Positions 24,311 to 37,120 of a stretch of DNA of 64,000 nucleotides are shown here, piece by piece. The stretch's first letter is position 1. Each line of letters begins with the position of its first letter. The notes under the pieces are model-generated. The model had not been told where the DNA came from. It saw only the letters and a list, made by a program, of their open reading frames with translations, and did not search any database. Source of the stretch: Eledone cirrhosa (lineage: Eukaryota); NCBI GenBank assembly GCA_964016885.1, contig OZ024741.1, positions 153,326,001 through 153,390,000 on the forward strand, in the 5' to 3' direction. The translations under genes were made by a program, and so were the position numbers.

Positions 24311-25102
24311 ATGGCGACAAGACTACGGATGAACGAAGCTATCAGGCCATTCACCGGGGAAGGTGATGTTGTCGCTTGGCTGCGGAAGGTTCGGCTGGTC
24401 GCGGGCTTGCAGAAGATAGAAGACGTGGCCGGTCTCATTGCATTGTACCTCGAGGGCGACGCGTTGGTACTCTTCCTTGAGTTGGACGAGCACAGCCAAA
24501 GAGATGTGCAGAAGATTGAGAGGCGGCTGATGGATGCATTCGCCGAGGGACCGTTGGCGGCTTTTGCTAAGCTGGCGAGAATCAGGTGGAATGGTGAGCG
24601 GGTCGACATTTTCGCAGCGGAAATAAGGCGGTTGGCTATGTTGGCGGGTTACCAGGCGGAATGCGAACGCACGGTGCGGTTGGCATTCATCAATGGATTT
24701 CCGGACGACATAGCGGTGAAACTGCAGCAAGTCCCGGGGTACAAGGAGATGGAAATGCGTTCACTGGTGGAACAAGCCCGGATCATAGCGGAAGATGCCA
24801 AAAAGAGTGTCGCGGCGATAGCGACTATGGAGGCTCAGGACACCTGGCAGCGAAATGGTCAAAGGGAGGCAACCTCGGCACGCGGCCGTTCGCGAGAATT
24901 TAAGGGCCGCTGTTTTAGGTGTCAGGGCCCGCATATGGCTAGAGACTGTAGAGAGTTGAAGCCGGATATTATCTGCTACCGGTGTAAACGACCAGGCCAC
25001 ATCGCTACTAACTGCGACCAGGGAAACGGTCCAAGGGGAACTACTGCGCCGGTAGTTGCCCCTTACGAGTGGCGGCGCTGCCCGTGGTGGAAGTCTTCGT
25101 GA
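24311..25102 (+). CDS. gag: Gag with two CCHC zinc knuckles
   Basis: CFRCQGPHMARDC and CYRCKRPGHIATNC. Confidence 0.95.
   Translation: MATRLRMNEAIRPFTGEGDVVAWLRKVRLVAGLQKIEDVAGLIALYLEGDALVLFLELDEHSQRDVQKIERRLMDAFAEGPLAAFAKLARIRWNGERVDIFAAEIRRLAMLAGYQAECERTVRLAFINGFPDDIAVKLQQVPGYKEMEMRSLVEQARIIAEDAKKSVAAIATMEAQDTWQRNGQREATSARGRSREFKGRCFRCQGPHMARDCRELKPDIICYRCKRPGHIATNCDQGNGPRGTTAPVVAPYEWRRCPWWKSS
25021..25064 (+). promoter_or_regulatory. -1 programmed ribosomal frameshift signal
   Basis: G_GGA_AAC in the gag frame, 5-nt spacer, hairpin AAGGGGAACUACUG-CGC-CGGUAGUUGCCCCUU; the -1 frame is open into pol. Confidence 0.9.
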
Positions 25103-27893
25103 GGGGGAAGCCACAGCGAGCCCTCGTGGATACGGGCTGTACGACGACACTGGTGACCGCGGGGGTGGCGCAGAGGTGGGCAGGGAAGAGCAGCGTAAGG
25201 GCAGTCGACGGCAGGAAAATTGAATGCCGAGGTTGCAGCGAGATGGAAATAGCGGTACGGGGAAGGACGATAAGGCTTTCCGCCATCGTGGTAGACAGTG
25301 TGGTGGATGGGATCGGCGTGGTTATGGGCATGGACGCGATTGGCCGTCTAGGGGGCGTCACGGTGAACAATGTGGGTGTGTCGTTTGGCGCCGCTGCATC
25401 GGTATGCGCTGTGAGTGCACGTCATGAGAACCAGAAGGCCCACGAGGAGCAATACCCCGCTTACACTGTACAGGACAAGGACTTCAAAGCCGTGTTTGAT
25501 GGGCAGCGATGGGTTGTTGAGTGGTACTGGAAGGGAGAACCACCAACACTGAAGACCAAAGTGGGCTGCTATCAACACACATTGAAGGGAAACGCTAGGG
25601 GCGAGTTCGAGCGAGAAGTAGAGAGATGGATCGAAGAGGGCATACTGCTTCCCTGGAAGGAGGAGGTGAAGTGCGGAGTATTGCCGTTGATGGCGGTGGT
25701 GCAACCCACGAAGAGCAAGGTAAGGCCGGTGCTGGACTATCGAGAGCTGAATGAGCACGTGTCATGCCACACGGGTGGCGAGGTCACGGATGTCTGTGGG
25801 GAAACCCTGCGTGAGTGGAGACGCATGACGGGGGGTTCAGCGATCGTGGATCTAAAGTCGGCTTACTTGCAGTTGCATATAGATGAGAAGCTCTGGCGGT
25901 ATCAGCTGGTCAGGTATAAGGGCCGGACATATTGCCTAACCAGGCTCGGTTTCGGGCTGAGCTCCGCACCGAAGATCATGGCGGCGGTCCTCAAGACCGC
26001 TCTGGGGAGGGCCGACAAGATAAAGAGGGCTACTAACTCCTATATTGACGACATCCTAGTGGACGAGTCGGTGGTGTCGACGGCGGAGGTCACGAGCCAT
26101 TTGCGGAGGTATGGACTGACTGCGAAGCCATCAGAAGCATTGGAGGGAGGAGCCGCGCTGGGACTTAGGCTACAGCGAGATAAGATGGGCGTTTTGGTGT
26201 TCCAGAGGGGAAACGAAGTTCCGGAACTGGGCCCAAGTATGAATAGGCGGGAGCTTTTCTCGGTGTGTGGAAAGCTGGTGGGTCACTACCCGATCGCTGG
26301 GTGGCTCCGGACGGCATGCAGCTATGTCAAGAGACGAGCGGGAGGGGTGACTTGGAGTGACAGAGTGGGAGAGAGAACGGTGGCCATGATGCAGGAGATC
26401 GTGGGGAGGGTGAAGGCCGACGACCCAGTGCGGGGACGCTGGTACGTTCCCAAATCACGGAGCGGGACCGTATGGTGTGATGCCAGCAGCATAGCGCTGG
26501 GTGTCACGTTGGAGATAGGAGGTGTTGAGGTCGAGGATGCAGCCTGGCTTAGAAAGAAGGACGACTGCAGCCACATCAATGTGGCCGAGCTGGACGCGAT
26601 GTTGAGAGGGGTGAACCTCGCCCTGCGGTGGGGACTGCGCACCATCGAGATATGCACCGACTCGGCTACCGTACTCGGATGGGTAAGACAGTGCTCACCA
26701 GTGAGAAGAGAGTGCGAACGAGAGGCGCGGCGGAGATGCTGATAAAGCGCCGCCTGGGAACGTTAGGAGAGCTGGCCACCGAGTTCGACCTGAAGCTGAG
26801 CGTAGTGTTCGTGCCTTCAGAGAAAAATAGGGCGGACATCTTAACTAGAGTGAAGAAAGCCTGGATGGAAGCGCCGGAGGAGGTAGATGAGATAGCTGCC
26901 GTGTGTCGGCTGACCGAGTTAGACCTGAAGGGGTTGCATGATATGCACCACATAGGGGTGGATAGGAGCCTGTTCCTAGCCAGGAGAATCGACTCGGACG
27001 TTAGCAGACACAGTGTTCGGGGGGTCGTTAGAGGCTGCGTCCGATGTCAGTCCATTGATCCCGCCTCGGGTGTACACGAAACGGGAAGCCTCCCGGTGGA
27101 TCGCGACTGGAAGCGATTAGCGGTGGATGTGACGCACTACCGGCAGGGAACGTACCTCTCGATGGTCGACTGTGGACCAGGTCGAGTGGCGATATGGAGG
27201 GAGATGAAGACTGGAACGGCCGAGGAAATCGTGCGGTCGTTGAGAGAGGTGTTCTTGGAGCAGGGCCCTGTGGATGAACTGCTGATGGACAACAGCGCAG
27301 CATTCCGCTCGGAGGCACTGAGGGGGATGCTCGAGGGATGGAAGGTGGACCGTTTCTTCAGAGCGGCGCACAGGCCGAGCGGGAATGGAATCGTGGAGCG
27401 ACACCACCGGACGATCAAGGCAATGGCGGAGCGGGGCCATATCTCACCAATGGAGGCAGTGTTCTGGTACAATATGTCCCCTCGGGTTGGACAGGTCGAG
27501 GAATCGGTGCCACACAGAGCAGTATTCAAATACGAGTGGCGGCACCCGTGCACGCCACCACAACGGCCAGTGGGGAGAGAGAGTGCATTCGTGCAGGTGG
27601 GCGAAGAAGTCTGGGTTAAGCCCCCAGATGCACGGTGCACATCTCAATGGGGAAGGGGAACGGTGACGGCCGTAAATTCAAAGAACAATGTGTCCGTGGA
27701 CGGGGTACCACGTCATGTCCTGGATGTAAGAAGAATCACTGTATCGACGGACTCCGAGGAAGAGGAAACCCAAGATGAGGTGGAAACCCAGAGCCCTGCC
27801 CCAATACTACGAAGATCGCAACGAAGTCGTAGACCACCGACCTGGACGGCAGACTTTCATATGCAGAGGGACGAGGGGGAAATTGATCCTTGA
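25027..27893 (+). CDS. pol: Pol (protease, RT, RNase H, integrase); one 1-bp frameshift at ~26685
   Basis: ALVDTG; DLKSAYLQ, RLGFGL, YIDD; CDASS, HINVAEL, TDS, NRAD; HHCC, D-D-E (AVD, MDN, VER). Confidence 0.93.
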
Positions 27894-27906
27894 GATCAGG
27901 GGGGCG

Positions 27907-28180
27907 TGTGGGTATGGTGTGGCGGGGGGGGGGGGGGGGGGGGGGCTCGACCGGAAGGGGTTTTTGAGTGCTCGACCGGAAGGGGTCTTTGACCGGAAGG
28001 ATGCTCGACCGGAAGGGCCAGGAGAGGGCCTCTCTCTAGTGGTGACCAGCATACGGTGAGGACGCGTTTTGGGCAACTCCCGGTGTTAAGCAGTCGGACG
28101 CACGTGGAAGAAGAGTACCTGCAGTGGAATTTAGCGGCGCCTGTGAAAAGCGGTAAGTGAGATAGCTTTTTCTAACCACA
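27907..28180 (+). repeat. 3' LTR
   Basis: Matches the 5' LTR; followed by the TSD TAGAC. Confidence 0.95.
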
Positions 28181-29186
28181 TAGACAACATGATTTGTCCA
28201 TCAAATTTTGTTCTTTTACTGTAGAGTTTCTATTGAAGAAAGTTCTGCCTGTTGGAACCTTGTCTTTCCTTGTGAAACAATCTGTGAAGACATGTGCTGT
28301 AAAAATGGTTCAGTTGTTTAGTGGTCTGCTCTAGCTGGCCATTTCTTAAAGGCATATTATGAGTACAACTGCTTTAGTAATTACTTTGGTAAATAAATTG
28401 TTTACTTTCTCCAATTAATTAAATAACAATAGGGTCAAGGAGATAAATAACATCTCTTCAAAAGGCATAGAAATCAAAATTTTCACTTCAAGGTAAAAGT
28501 CCAATAATTTTATTTCATTTTATTTTAGTTTTATTTAATTTCAACATCTGATACCCAAAAGTGGCCTCCATACCATCAGCATCACCATCATAATCATCTC
28601 GTTCATTGCAGAATATAGTGCTATTCTGTCTGAGCTTTTCTAGTCTGATCAACATTTATAAGTTTTATCTATATGTCAGTATGAAAACCTAGTCCTAGTC
28701 CAATGAAACATATTTCACAATAAAATACTCATTTAAATAAATAAACAAACAAATAAATAAACTGCTTAGTTCACATGACATTTAGTGAGGAGAGCAAACA
28801 CAGAAAGTAGAGCATATCCACCCTTCAGAAAGACAATATTATACGCTATATTTTACAGTAGACTACATCTGTTTGTCAAGTTTTCTTGTTTTATTGATTC
28901 AAAACAATTAAATATCTCTAATTCTGCTACCATCTTGTATTTAATTTTATTTAACCATTTCATTACTTTATTTCTAATGAAAGATACTGGCCTTTCATCC
29001 TTTCACATAAAGTACCAGTAATGTACTGGCTAATTGCTGGCCTTGTGCCAAAAGTAGAAACAATTATCATATTTCTAATGAAAGATAATGCCTATACTTT
29101 TCAAATAATTTTGAAAATAATCAAGAATTTGGGGATATTTAGTCATATAACTTTCTAATTATAAATCTGGTGCATGGAACATAACT

Positions 29187-30815
29187 GTGGGGTGGCATGT
29201 TGGAAGTATGAGGAGAAGTGACATCACATGAGGGAAAATGGACTAGCTGTGGGTCTTGCCAGAAGTAAGGGGGAAAGTGACATCACATGAATGGAAGGCA
29301 ACTAGCAGGGGCCTCTTTCATAACTGGTTCTCAGAGCATGTGGACAAGTCTTAATGAACTCTAGGGAGACCTGAGAATTTCTTATCAGAGACTGGGTAGG
29401 TAGAGTTCATTGATTTATGCCACTAGATGAGAGTGATGTTTAGAGCAAGACTGGCAAGGATGAGCAGCGCAAAGGCATTTAATGGAAGGGAGGTTAGACG
29501 TAACTGTATCAGTGAAATGGAGATTGTTGTCCAGGGGGGGGGGGGGGTTATATAGTGATGGGTATAGATATTTTCAGCTGCCTCGGAGGCATAATAGTCA
29601 GTAAAGAAGGAGTAGTGTTTGTTGGTGTGAGGGTACCATACACCATAAGCGTGTAGCAGGAGAGCAGGGGAAGCTCTGTAGAAAAGAATGCTGCACACAG
29701 AATTGAGGACAAGGACTTCTGAGCTGTGTTCATTTGTGAGTGGTGGATAGTTGAGTGGTACGTGGGGTGGGGGGCTCTTCCCCCACCTGACGCTCTTAAA
29801 CAAAGTGAGTGCTATAAGTATAATCTGAAAGTTTGTGCCAGGAGTGAGTTTGAGGGAGAGGAGGGAAAATGGATTGAGGAGAGTATTCTAATGTCCTGGA
29901 AGGAGGAGGTGAAAAGTTGATTGTTGTTGCTAATGGCAGTAGTGCAGACAACAAAAACTAGGTCAGACTGGGAACTGAACTTTCTGGAGTTGAATGACCA
30001 TGTATTGTACAACACCACTGGTAAGGCTATAGAAATCTGTTACGAGACTTTGTGAGGTAGAGACAGATGATGGCAGCTTCCATTAATCGCCATTTTGAAG
30101 TCGGGATATCTGCAACTCTATATGGCTGAAAGATTGTGGAAGTATCAGCTTGTGATTTATAAAGGCCAGACATACTGTTTGACCAGGCTGGGATTTGGGC
30201 TAAACTCAATGCCAAAGATCATGGCAACATTTTCAAGACTATCCTGGAAAAGTTGACAACATGAAAGGGGTCACCATTCCCTACATAAATAATATCCTAG
30301 TGGAGGAGACAGTGGTGTCAGCAATAGAAGTTGAAGGTCACCTAAGGAGGTTTGGATTGACAGCAAAACTGCTAGAAGCAATGACAGGAAGCGCTGCACG
30401 TAGGCTGAAGCTGTGAAGTGACAAGGTGGGTGTGCTGGTGTTCAGGAGAGGGAATGAGATCCCAGAATTGAGCGTTGACATGAACAGACAAGATTGGTGG
30501 GCCACTATCCAATTGCTGGGTTGGTCTGAACAGCATATAGACACATAAAGAGACAAGCAGATGGGGAGAGCTAGTAAGAGAAAGAATGGTGGCTATGATG
30601 TGGTAAGTTGAAGCTGGGAATTGTCCAAATTGGAGAATGGGACAATATGGTGTGATACTAGCAGTATAGCGATAGTGGTTGTTCTGGAAATAGGGAATGT
30701 TGAGGTAGAAGTTGCACTCTGGCTTAGGAAGAATGACAACTGCAACCAAATTGGCATAGTCAGGTTGGATGCTATGCTAAAGGAAGTGAATCTGGCCTTT
30801 TGATGAGGGTTGTGT
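29187..30815 (+). pseudogene. Old, degraded relative of the same LTR lineage (possible LTR plus PR-RT-RH remnants)
   Basis: WKEEVK, YCLTRLGFGL, WCDTSS, WLRKNDNC remnants colinear with 25.2-26.6 kb. Confidence 0.85.
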
Positions 30816-30949
30816 ACTATTTTGTAGTTTTTTAAATATATGTTACATCTAAGTACATGTATATATATTATATATATATATATACAGTATATATATATAT
30901 AAAGTATATATATATATATAAAGTACATATATATATAAAGTTACGTTGA

Positions 30950-31270
30950 TATCACAAAAAAGCACCCATCCCACACTATAAAGTGGTCATGTAGGAGTCA
31001 CGACAAAAAGCACCCAGTCCACACTGTAAACTGATCATGTAGGAGTCACTACAAAAAGCACCAGTCCACACTGTAAGGTGGTCGTGTAGGAGTCATGACA
31101 AGAAGCACCCAACACACACTGTAAACGTGTTTGGCATTAGGAAGGGCATCTAGCTGTAGAAATCTAGCCAGAAACAGTTCTGTATGAGCAGGATAAGTCA
31201 CCTGACCCAACCTGCCTTAAACTTGTCTAACCCATGCTAGCATGGAAGGTGGACGTTAAACAGCAATGAT
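30950..31270 (+). mobile_element. RTE family A 3' UTR fragment
   Basis: ~43-bp tandem units plus ggaagggcatc...catgctagcatggaa terminus. Confidence 0.7.
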
Positions 31271-31989
31271 ACCTGTAACCCATACATAAGTCGTATGTAT
31301 TCAGCACTGATTACTAAAGTACTTAAGAAACAATTTGAAATAGAGCCTACATTTTACATCAGGCCTAGGCTATTACCAGTGTTTTTAGAGGGCCTACAAC
31401 CAGCTTGGGGTGGCAGATTAGCTTTTACAATTGGTGTAAGTGCACTACCAACCTAGAGGTGGTGGTGCAGAGGATATTTTACACCTGGAGTGGGTGTGTT
31501 ACCAGATCTGAAACACATTTGATTATAATTCTGCTTCATGGTTTGGTCATAAGTAGAACACATTTGATAATAATTCTGCTTGATCAGAGCTGATTCAACA
31601 ATAAAAACCATTCGCTTTACAATATTCTTATAACTCAACCCATTGAAAAGCAGGCGTTCAGTTGTGTTGAGAGATAAAAGATATTGAGAAAGAAGTTTAC
31701 ATATATGTTTTCTCCGGTCTATTGTATAAATGTTACACAATTCAACAATTGAAGCAATGAGTGTAAGCTCTAAATTCAATTGTCCAACTTTATTTTCAGT
31801 TGTGAGTATATTTGTGATTGATGTACATAGATTTATGAAAAAGAAAAGGAAAGAGGGAGAGCAGAAAAGAGAGATATGATTGTACGTGTGTATGTAAAAT
31901 GGAAGCCAACTCATCTTCGAGTACAGCCACTTCTTAGAAAAAAAGAGGGCAAATAGACAACTCCAAAAACATGTTATAATTGTTGCTGT

Positions 31990-33770
31990 CACTGATGCCA
32001 CCTGAAATGGTTCATCAAACGAGGAAGTGACTTACATGCCATACCACACAGTGTACAGTTAAGTTTCCCATCTGCTTCAGTCTGGTTGGCAGGTCATGAA
32101 TTGTGGAGCCGTGTTAGCCAACTTGCAGAGTGACACATTTTGTTGCAGATGCCAAATGCAAAATCAAGGTGTATAGAGTATTCAAAGGTGTTATTTCCGT
32201 GAGTATGATGTCTACTATGGTTTAGTAGCCCAGCCTTTGACATTCCTACACATCCACATTCCCACAGGTAAGAGCTTCTTTTAAACCTCGTTCTGGGAGC
32301 AGACTAACATCCCTCATATATTTAACTGTTCACTTCACTTCGGCATAGGGCCTCTGCTTCTTTTCAATTTCCCCAACCCCTGCAGCAATGAGATTTCACC
32401 ATTGGGCTCTATTGGTTGCAAGATTTTCCCATGTTTCCGTGTTGATGTTGACATTCTTCAAGGTATCTTTCAGGCAGTCTTTGAAGTGCTTGTGTGGTTT
32501 GCACTATTAGGTTTTTCTTTGCAACAATTCACCATACAGAACTTACTTGGGAGTTTGGCTGTTATTTAGGCATACTATATGACCTGTCCACTAGAGGCCC
32601 TGTTTTATGATCATTCTCTAAATGCTTGACATACAGGCCCACAGCAGCACATCAGTGTCTGGTGTATGAGACCTCGATGAGATCTTGAGGATGGAGCGCA
32701 AACATTGTTGGTTGAAGCATTCAAGACACTGGATATGTCAGCAGTATGTTGTCCATGTCTCACATTCATAAAGCAAGACTGATACACTTCAACTTTTGTG
32801 CACACACTGGTGTCTGACTGTGACCTCAGGTGCTTCTCCAGCTTACCAAAAGCATTGGAAGCTTTAGACAGCCAGTATCTTACCTCTTCTTCAAGGGTGT
32901 TGCTGCTGGAGAAAGTACTACCCAGGTAGACAAATTTATCCACAACCATCAATATTTTTCCTTTGACAGATATAGATGGAGCAATACATGGCTTTCTGAG
33001 CACATGTTGGTACATCACCACTATCTTTTTCAGACTGATTGTCAGCCCAAATTCATCACATGCTGCCGAGAAGCAATCCATCAAATGAACCACTAGTGGA
33101 AAGAAAACATGTCTAGACAAGTTCTTGTAATGCTCGAAGGAAGGTGCAGAAAATCTCAGTTGGAGCAGTTTTTAAAAAAAATGTAAGTCACGAGTGCCAG
33201 CGTGAACTCCGAGCAGCAAAAGATTCATGGTGGCGCAATAAAGCACATCATATACAAGCCTCTACAGAAAGACAAGATGCTAAATCATTATACCACAAAC
33301 TGCCCAACCCACTGAGGTCAAAGAATGGAAAAAAGTGTTGCGAAATCTTGATGGAATCAAAACAAGATAGCTGAACACGTTAACGACCTTCTAAGCCACG
33401 CATCTCTAGTTAATCCTGATGTGATTAAGGCCATGGAGTAGGCTCCCGTCATTTATTAGCTTTATGATCCTCCCACATTGGAAGAGGTTGAGACTACAGT
33501 GAAACAAATGAATATTGGTAAAGCACCTGAGAAATATGATATAGAGACTGAAATCTACAAGTGCAATAAGGTGGTCCTAAAGTAAACTATCTGCTGCATA
33601 AAATATACCCCAGGTGTGGTTGAAGGATGCAGTGGCACAGGACTGGGAGGATGTGAAACTCGTCTTCCTCTTCAAGAAAGGACCCAAATATGTTTGTGAC
33701 AACTACCATGGGATCTCTCTACTATCAGTTGTTGGTAAAATCTTTACCAGGATCCTTCTTAATTGTCTGC
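31990..33770. mobile_element. Decayed RTE-BovB-like LINE with internal inversion (3' part on - at 31990-33090, 5' RT part on + at 33150-33770)
   Basis: FGLTISLKK, FVYLGS on -; FKKGP..CDNYHGISLL on +; terminal C2H2 finger CTLCG..CKS..LMNHFRWH. Confidence 0.8.
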
Positions 33771-33914
33771 TGATGTACACGTGTGTATGTATTTCTGTAC
33801 AAACGTACATATATACATATTATACATACGTGCACACATTCTTACATACACATATACATACATATATACATACATACATGCATACATACATGCATATATA
33901 CATACATATATACA

Positions 33915-34530
33915 TGGTGGTGGCTGCCAACTCGTTTTCGAGTACGGCCACCACTTTATAACTATGTAGGAGAACCCCTACCGATGCGCTGAACAAGTGT
34001 GACTTTTTAGTCCAGCCAGTGACTTGAAAACTCTGGTACAAACACTACACTTGTGACAATTATTGACACATAGTGCTGGGCCCATGGTACCACGTGACGA
34101 CAAGTGCAGAGAGATCTCCAGATATAAAGCAATGCCTGTGCCGTGAAGCTTTTATAGTGAGCAAAGGCACTGCACAAAGCCAGTCCCACTCTCTTAACCA
34201 AGATGATATTTACCAAAAAGAAGAACAAGTCAACATTATTGGATACCATCAGGGTTGCAGGTGTTATATCAGAATTTTCCTTCTCCTAGAATTCTGCCTT
34301 GACAAAGGCTAAGGGATCATCTCTCCTGGTGATTTTGGATGGCCATTGACTCTTAAGAGCTCCTTTGCCCTTTGACAGGTTTTTTTTTTAGTCCTGCAGG
34401 ATGTCCAAAGTCACCCTCCTCACCAAGAAACCTTGGTAGGGTTGCCAGTTTAGTCGCCAACAACCCGACCATGAGACAGGTTGTACTGGGATACATGGTA
34501 CCAGTAGCACCAACTGGTGACCTGACATAC
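33915..34530 (-). mobile_element. ~610-bp non-autonomous RTE-5'UTR-like element; inverted paralog at 44455-45063
   Basis: Contains ctaggagaaggaaaa.tctgat, an RTE 5' UTR-like motif; the two copies share both boundaries and sit in TA-rich repeats. Confidence 0.65.
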
Positions 34531-35132
34531 ATACATATATATATATACATACATACATTTGTACGTACATGTGTATGTGAGTATATATATATATATATAT
34601 TTATTAAAGAGTTAAACAAGATTCAATGAGTATATCAAAGAATGAATTTTACAGTAGATTGGAAGCACTCTACGTATTTATAATTTTCCAGAGTTATTAA
34701 TATTAAAATACAAACATTAATAAAATAGATGTTCTTTTGATCAATTACATTTTATTATACATATTTCAGATGTACAACAGTACGTCCTTATCAGATATGT
34801 ATATTTATATATATAAATGACGACAATGATGATGATGATTTCTGCGTATGAGTGTATATATGCATATGTGTAGCTAAAGATATCTATTTATGTATCTCTC
34901 TCTCCTCCATTTCCCCCTCCCTGTATATATATATATATACATATACGTATATTATGTACGTATATATGTGTGTGTGTGTGTGTATAAAATGATTGTGTTT
35001 TAATAATTATTTTAAGAAGATAAGACAAAGCCCTCTGTATTTTTTGGTCCACCTAAAATAGAGCTGGGTGTTGTTTATACATATATAATTATACACTAAG
35101 TACATATCTATCTCTATATGTGTGTGCGAATA

Positions 35133-35165
<33 letters not shown>

Positions 35166-35212
35166 ACAACCCATGCGAGTATGGTAAAATGGACGTAAAA
35201 ACAATGATGATG

Positions 35213-35247
<35 letters not shown>

Positions 35248-35249
<2 letters not shown>

Positions 35250-37120
35250 TCATCATCATCGTTTAACGTCTATCTTCCACGCTTGCATGGGTTTAGACGC
35301 GAATTGTCCCACTTGAGGCAAGATAGGTTGTCTTGCTTGTATAGGACTATCTGGCATGTTTTCTACGGCTGGATACCCTTCCTAACACCAACCATGTTTA
35401 CAGTGTGGACTGGGAGGTTTTTACCGTGTTACCTACACAGTCACATTACAGTGTAGACTGTGTGTTTTTTTGTCGTGACACCTACACGACCTCATTTATT
35501 TAGGACTGGATGTTGTGGTACCAATATAACTTTACAGAGAAAGGGGTGGTGTAGATGGAGTGGGGGTAGGGGTAGTGGGATGGGGGTGTATTTTTGGTTA
35601 AGAGGTGCCTACTGACTGTAGGTTTCGCTTTGCACTTAGGCAAGACGGGTTTTCTGTATTACTGCATAGCACCAAGATCTTGGTCCAGTGCCATTGTCTT
35701 AGAGAGGTGTAAGTGTGTAAGGTCAGAATTTATCAAATCGTCCCAGGTTTTTCTGGGTCTGCCTACTCCGTAACTTCCGTCAATTTTGATCGCCCTGCAC
35801 TTTGTTATACAGCTGTCATCTTTCATGCGCATCACATAACCATACCAACGCAGTCTTCTCTCAAGTAAACAGCATCTGATCCCTCTTATACCTAATTTCT
35901 CACTTAGTTCATTTATGCTTTACTGTTCACGTATATTACTATTACACATCCAGCGGAGCATGCATGCTTCGTTCCTCTCCAGTCTGCGCAGATCCTCTGC
36001 ACACAATGCCCATGTCTCACTGCCATGTAACATTGCTGTTTGTATGCAGGCATCATTCAGTCTGCCTTTCATTTTTAGCGAGAAACCTTTAACGGCCAAT
36101 AGTGGTGTAAGCTCTCTGAACTTTTTCCATCCCATTCTGACTCTAGCTACTGTAGTTTCTGAGCACCCTCCACCACTGCTGATTTTGTCACCCAGGTAAC
36201 GGAAGGTGTCCACTATTTCTATAGAACCATCTGGGCAATAGAAGGAGCTAGTATCCTGTGGGTGCTTGCTACTTATTTGCACCTGAGCACCAGCCACATA
36301 TAAAATCTACGTTCTTAGGGACATAAAATGGAATTTCTGTCTATTCCTTTCCTACACACTGAGCATGGCCATTTCCCAGAGGGGATCTGTGCCCTATTTT
36401 CCTTCCTACATACTAGAACTTTAGTCTTAGACAAGTTAACTTTAAGGCCTTTTGATTCTAGGCCATGCTTCCATGTTTGGAATTTCTTCTCTAGTTCAGC
36501 CATCGATTCAGCTATGAGCGTTAGATCATCTGCATAGAGAAGTTCCGATGGGTAGCCTGAAGGGCAATAATAAATAGGAGGGGGGCTAAGGACAGAGCCC
36601 TGATGAACACCAACTTTTACGCTAAATTCTTCACTATATTCATTGTTAATTCTAACCTTGATGACTGTTTTTTTATACATGGCTTGTATAACTCTCACAA
36701 GCCAATCATCAACCCCTAGGGCCCACCAGATAATGGCGTGGGGGACTCTGTCAAAGGCTTTCTCCAAGTCAACAAAAGCTAAGTATAGGAGTTTACTTTT
36801 AGATAGGTATTACTCCTGTAGTTGTCATACAAGGAAAATGGCGTCTGTGGTACTTTTACCTGACACAAACCCAAACTGCATTTCATCTATATCAATTTGC
36901 TCTCTGATTAGTTGCGCTATAACTTTTTCTGTGAACTTCATGACCTGGTAAATTGATTTAATGCCTCTATAGTTTCCTCAATCTAGTGCATCTCCTTTAC
37001 CCTTGTAGCAGTTAATGATGCTGCTGCTATGCCAGTCATTTGGTATGACCCCGGTTCTGTATGACTTGGTTTACTATCCAGGTGACCATAGTGTGTCCCA
37101 CCGTTCCAGATGCTTTCAGC
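35248..37120 (-). mobile_element. RTE LINE family A, 5'-truncated
   Basis: RT motifs, YADD, (GAT)n tail. Confidence 0.93.

Larger units (their letters stand above)
23957..28180 (+). mobile_element. Full-length, young, compact LTR retrotransposon (Gypsy-type order PR-RT-RH-IN)
   Basis: TG...CA LTRs at 23957-24249 and 27907-28180, TSD TAGAC, PPT 27892-27906; inserted into a decayed RTE 3' fragment. Confidence 0.97.

Noticed and set aside
24304-27647. Antisense and alternate-frame ORFs within the LTR element
   Set aside because: Expected by chance in GC-rich coding DNA; no motifs.
28186-28330. Host exon disrupted by the LTR insertion
   Set aside because: The joined flanks translate as a decayed RTE C-terminus (W.NHVV..PK...GEL.TGKR..GG).
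31453-32001. 182-aa ORF or exon after a tttcag acceptor
   Set aside because: The apparent acceptor lies within the RTE terminal zinc-finger codons; the ORF is low-complexity with no recognisable domain.
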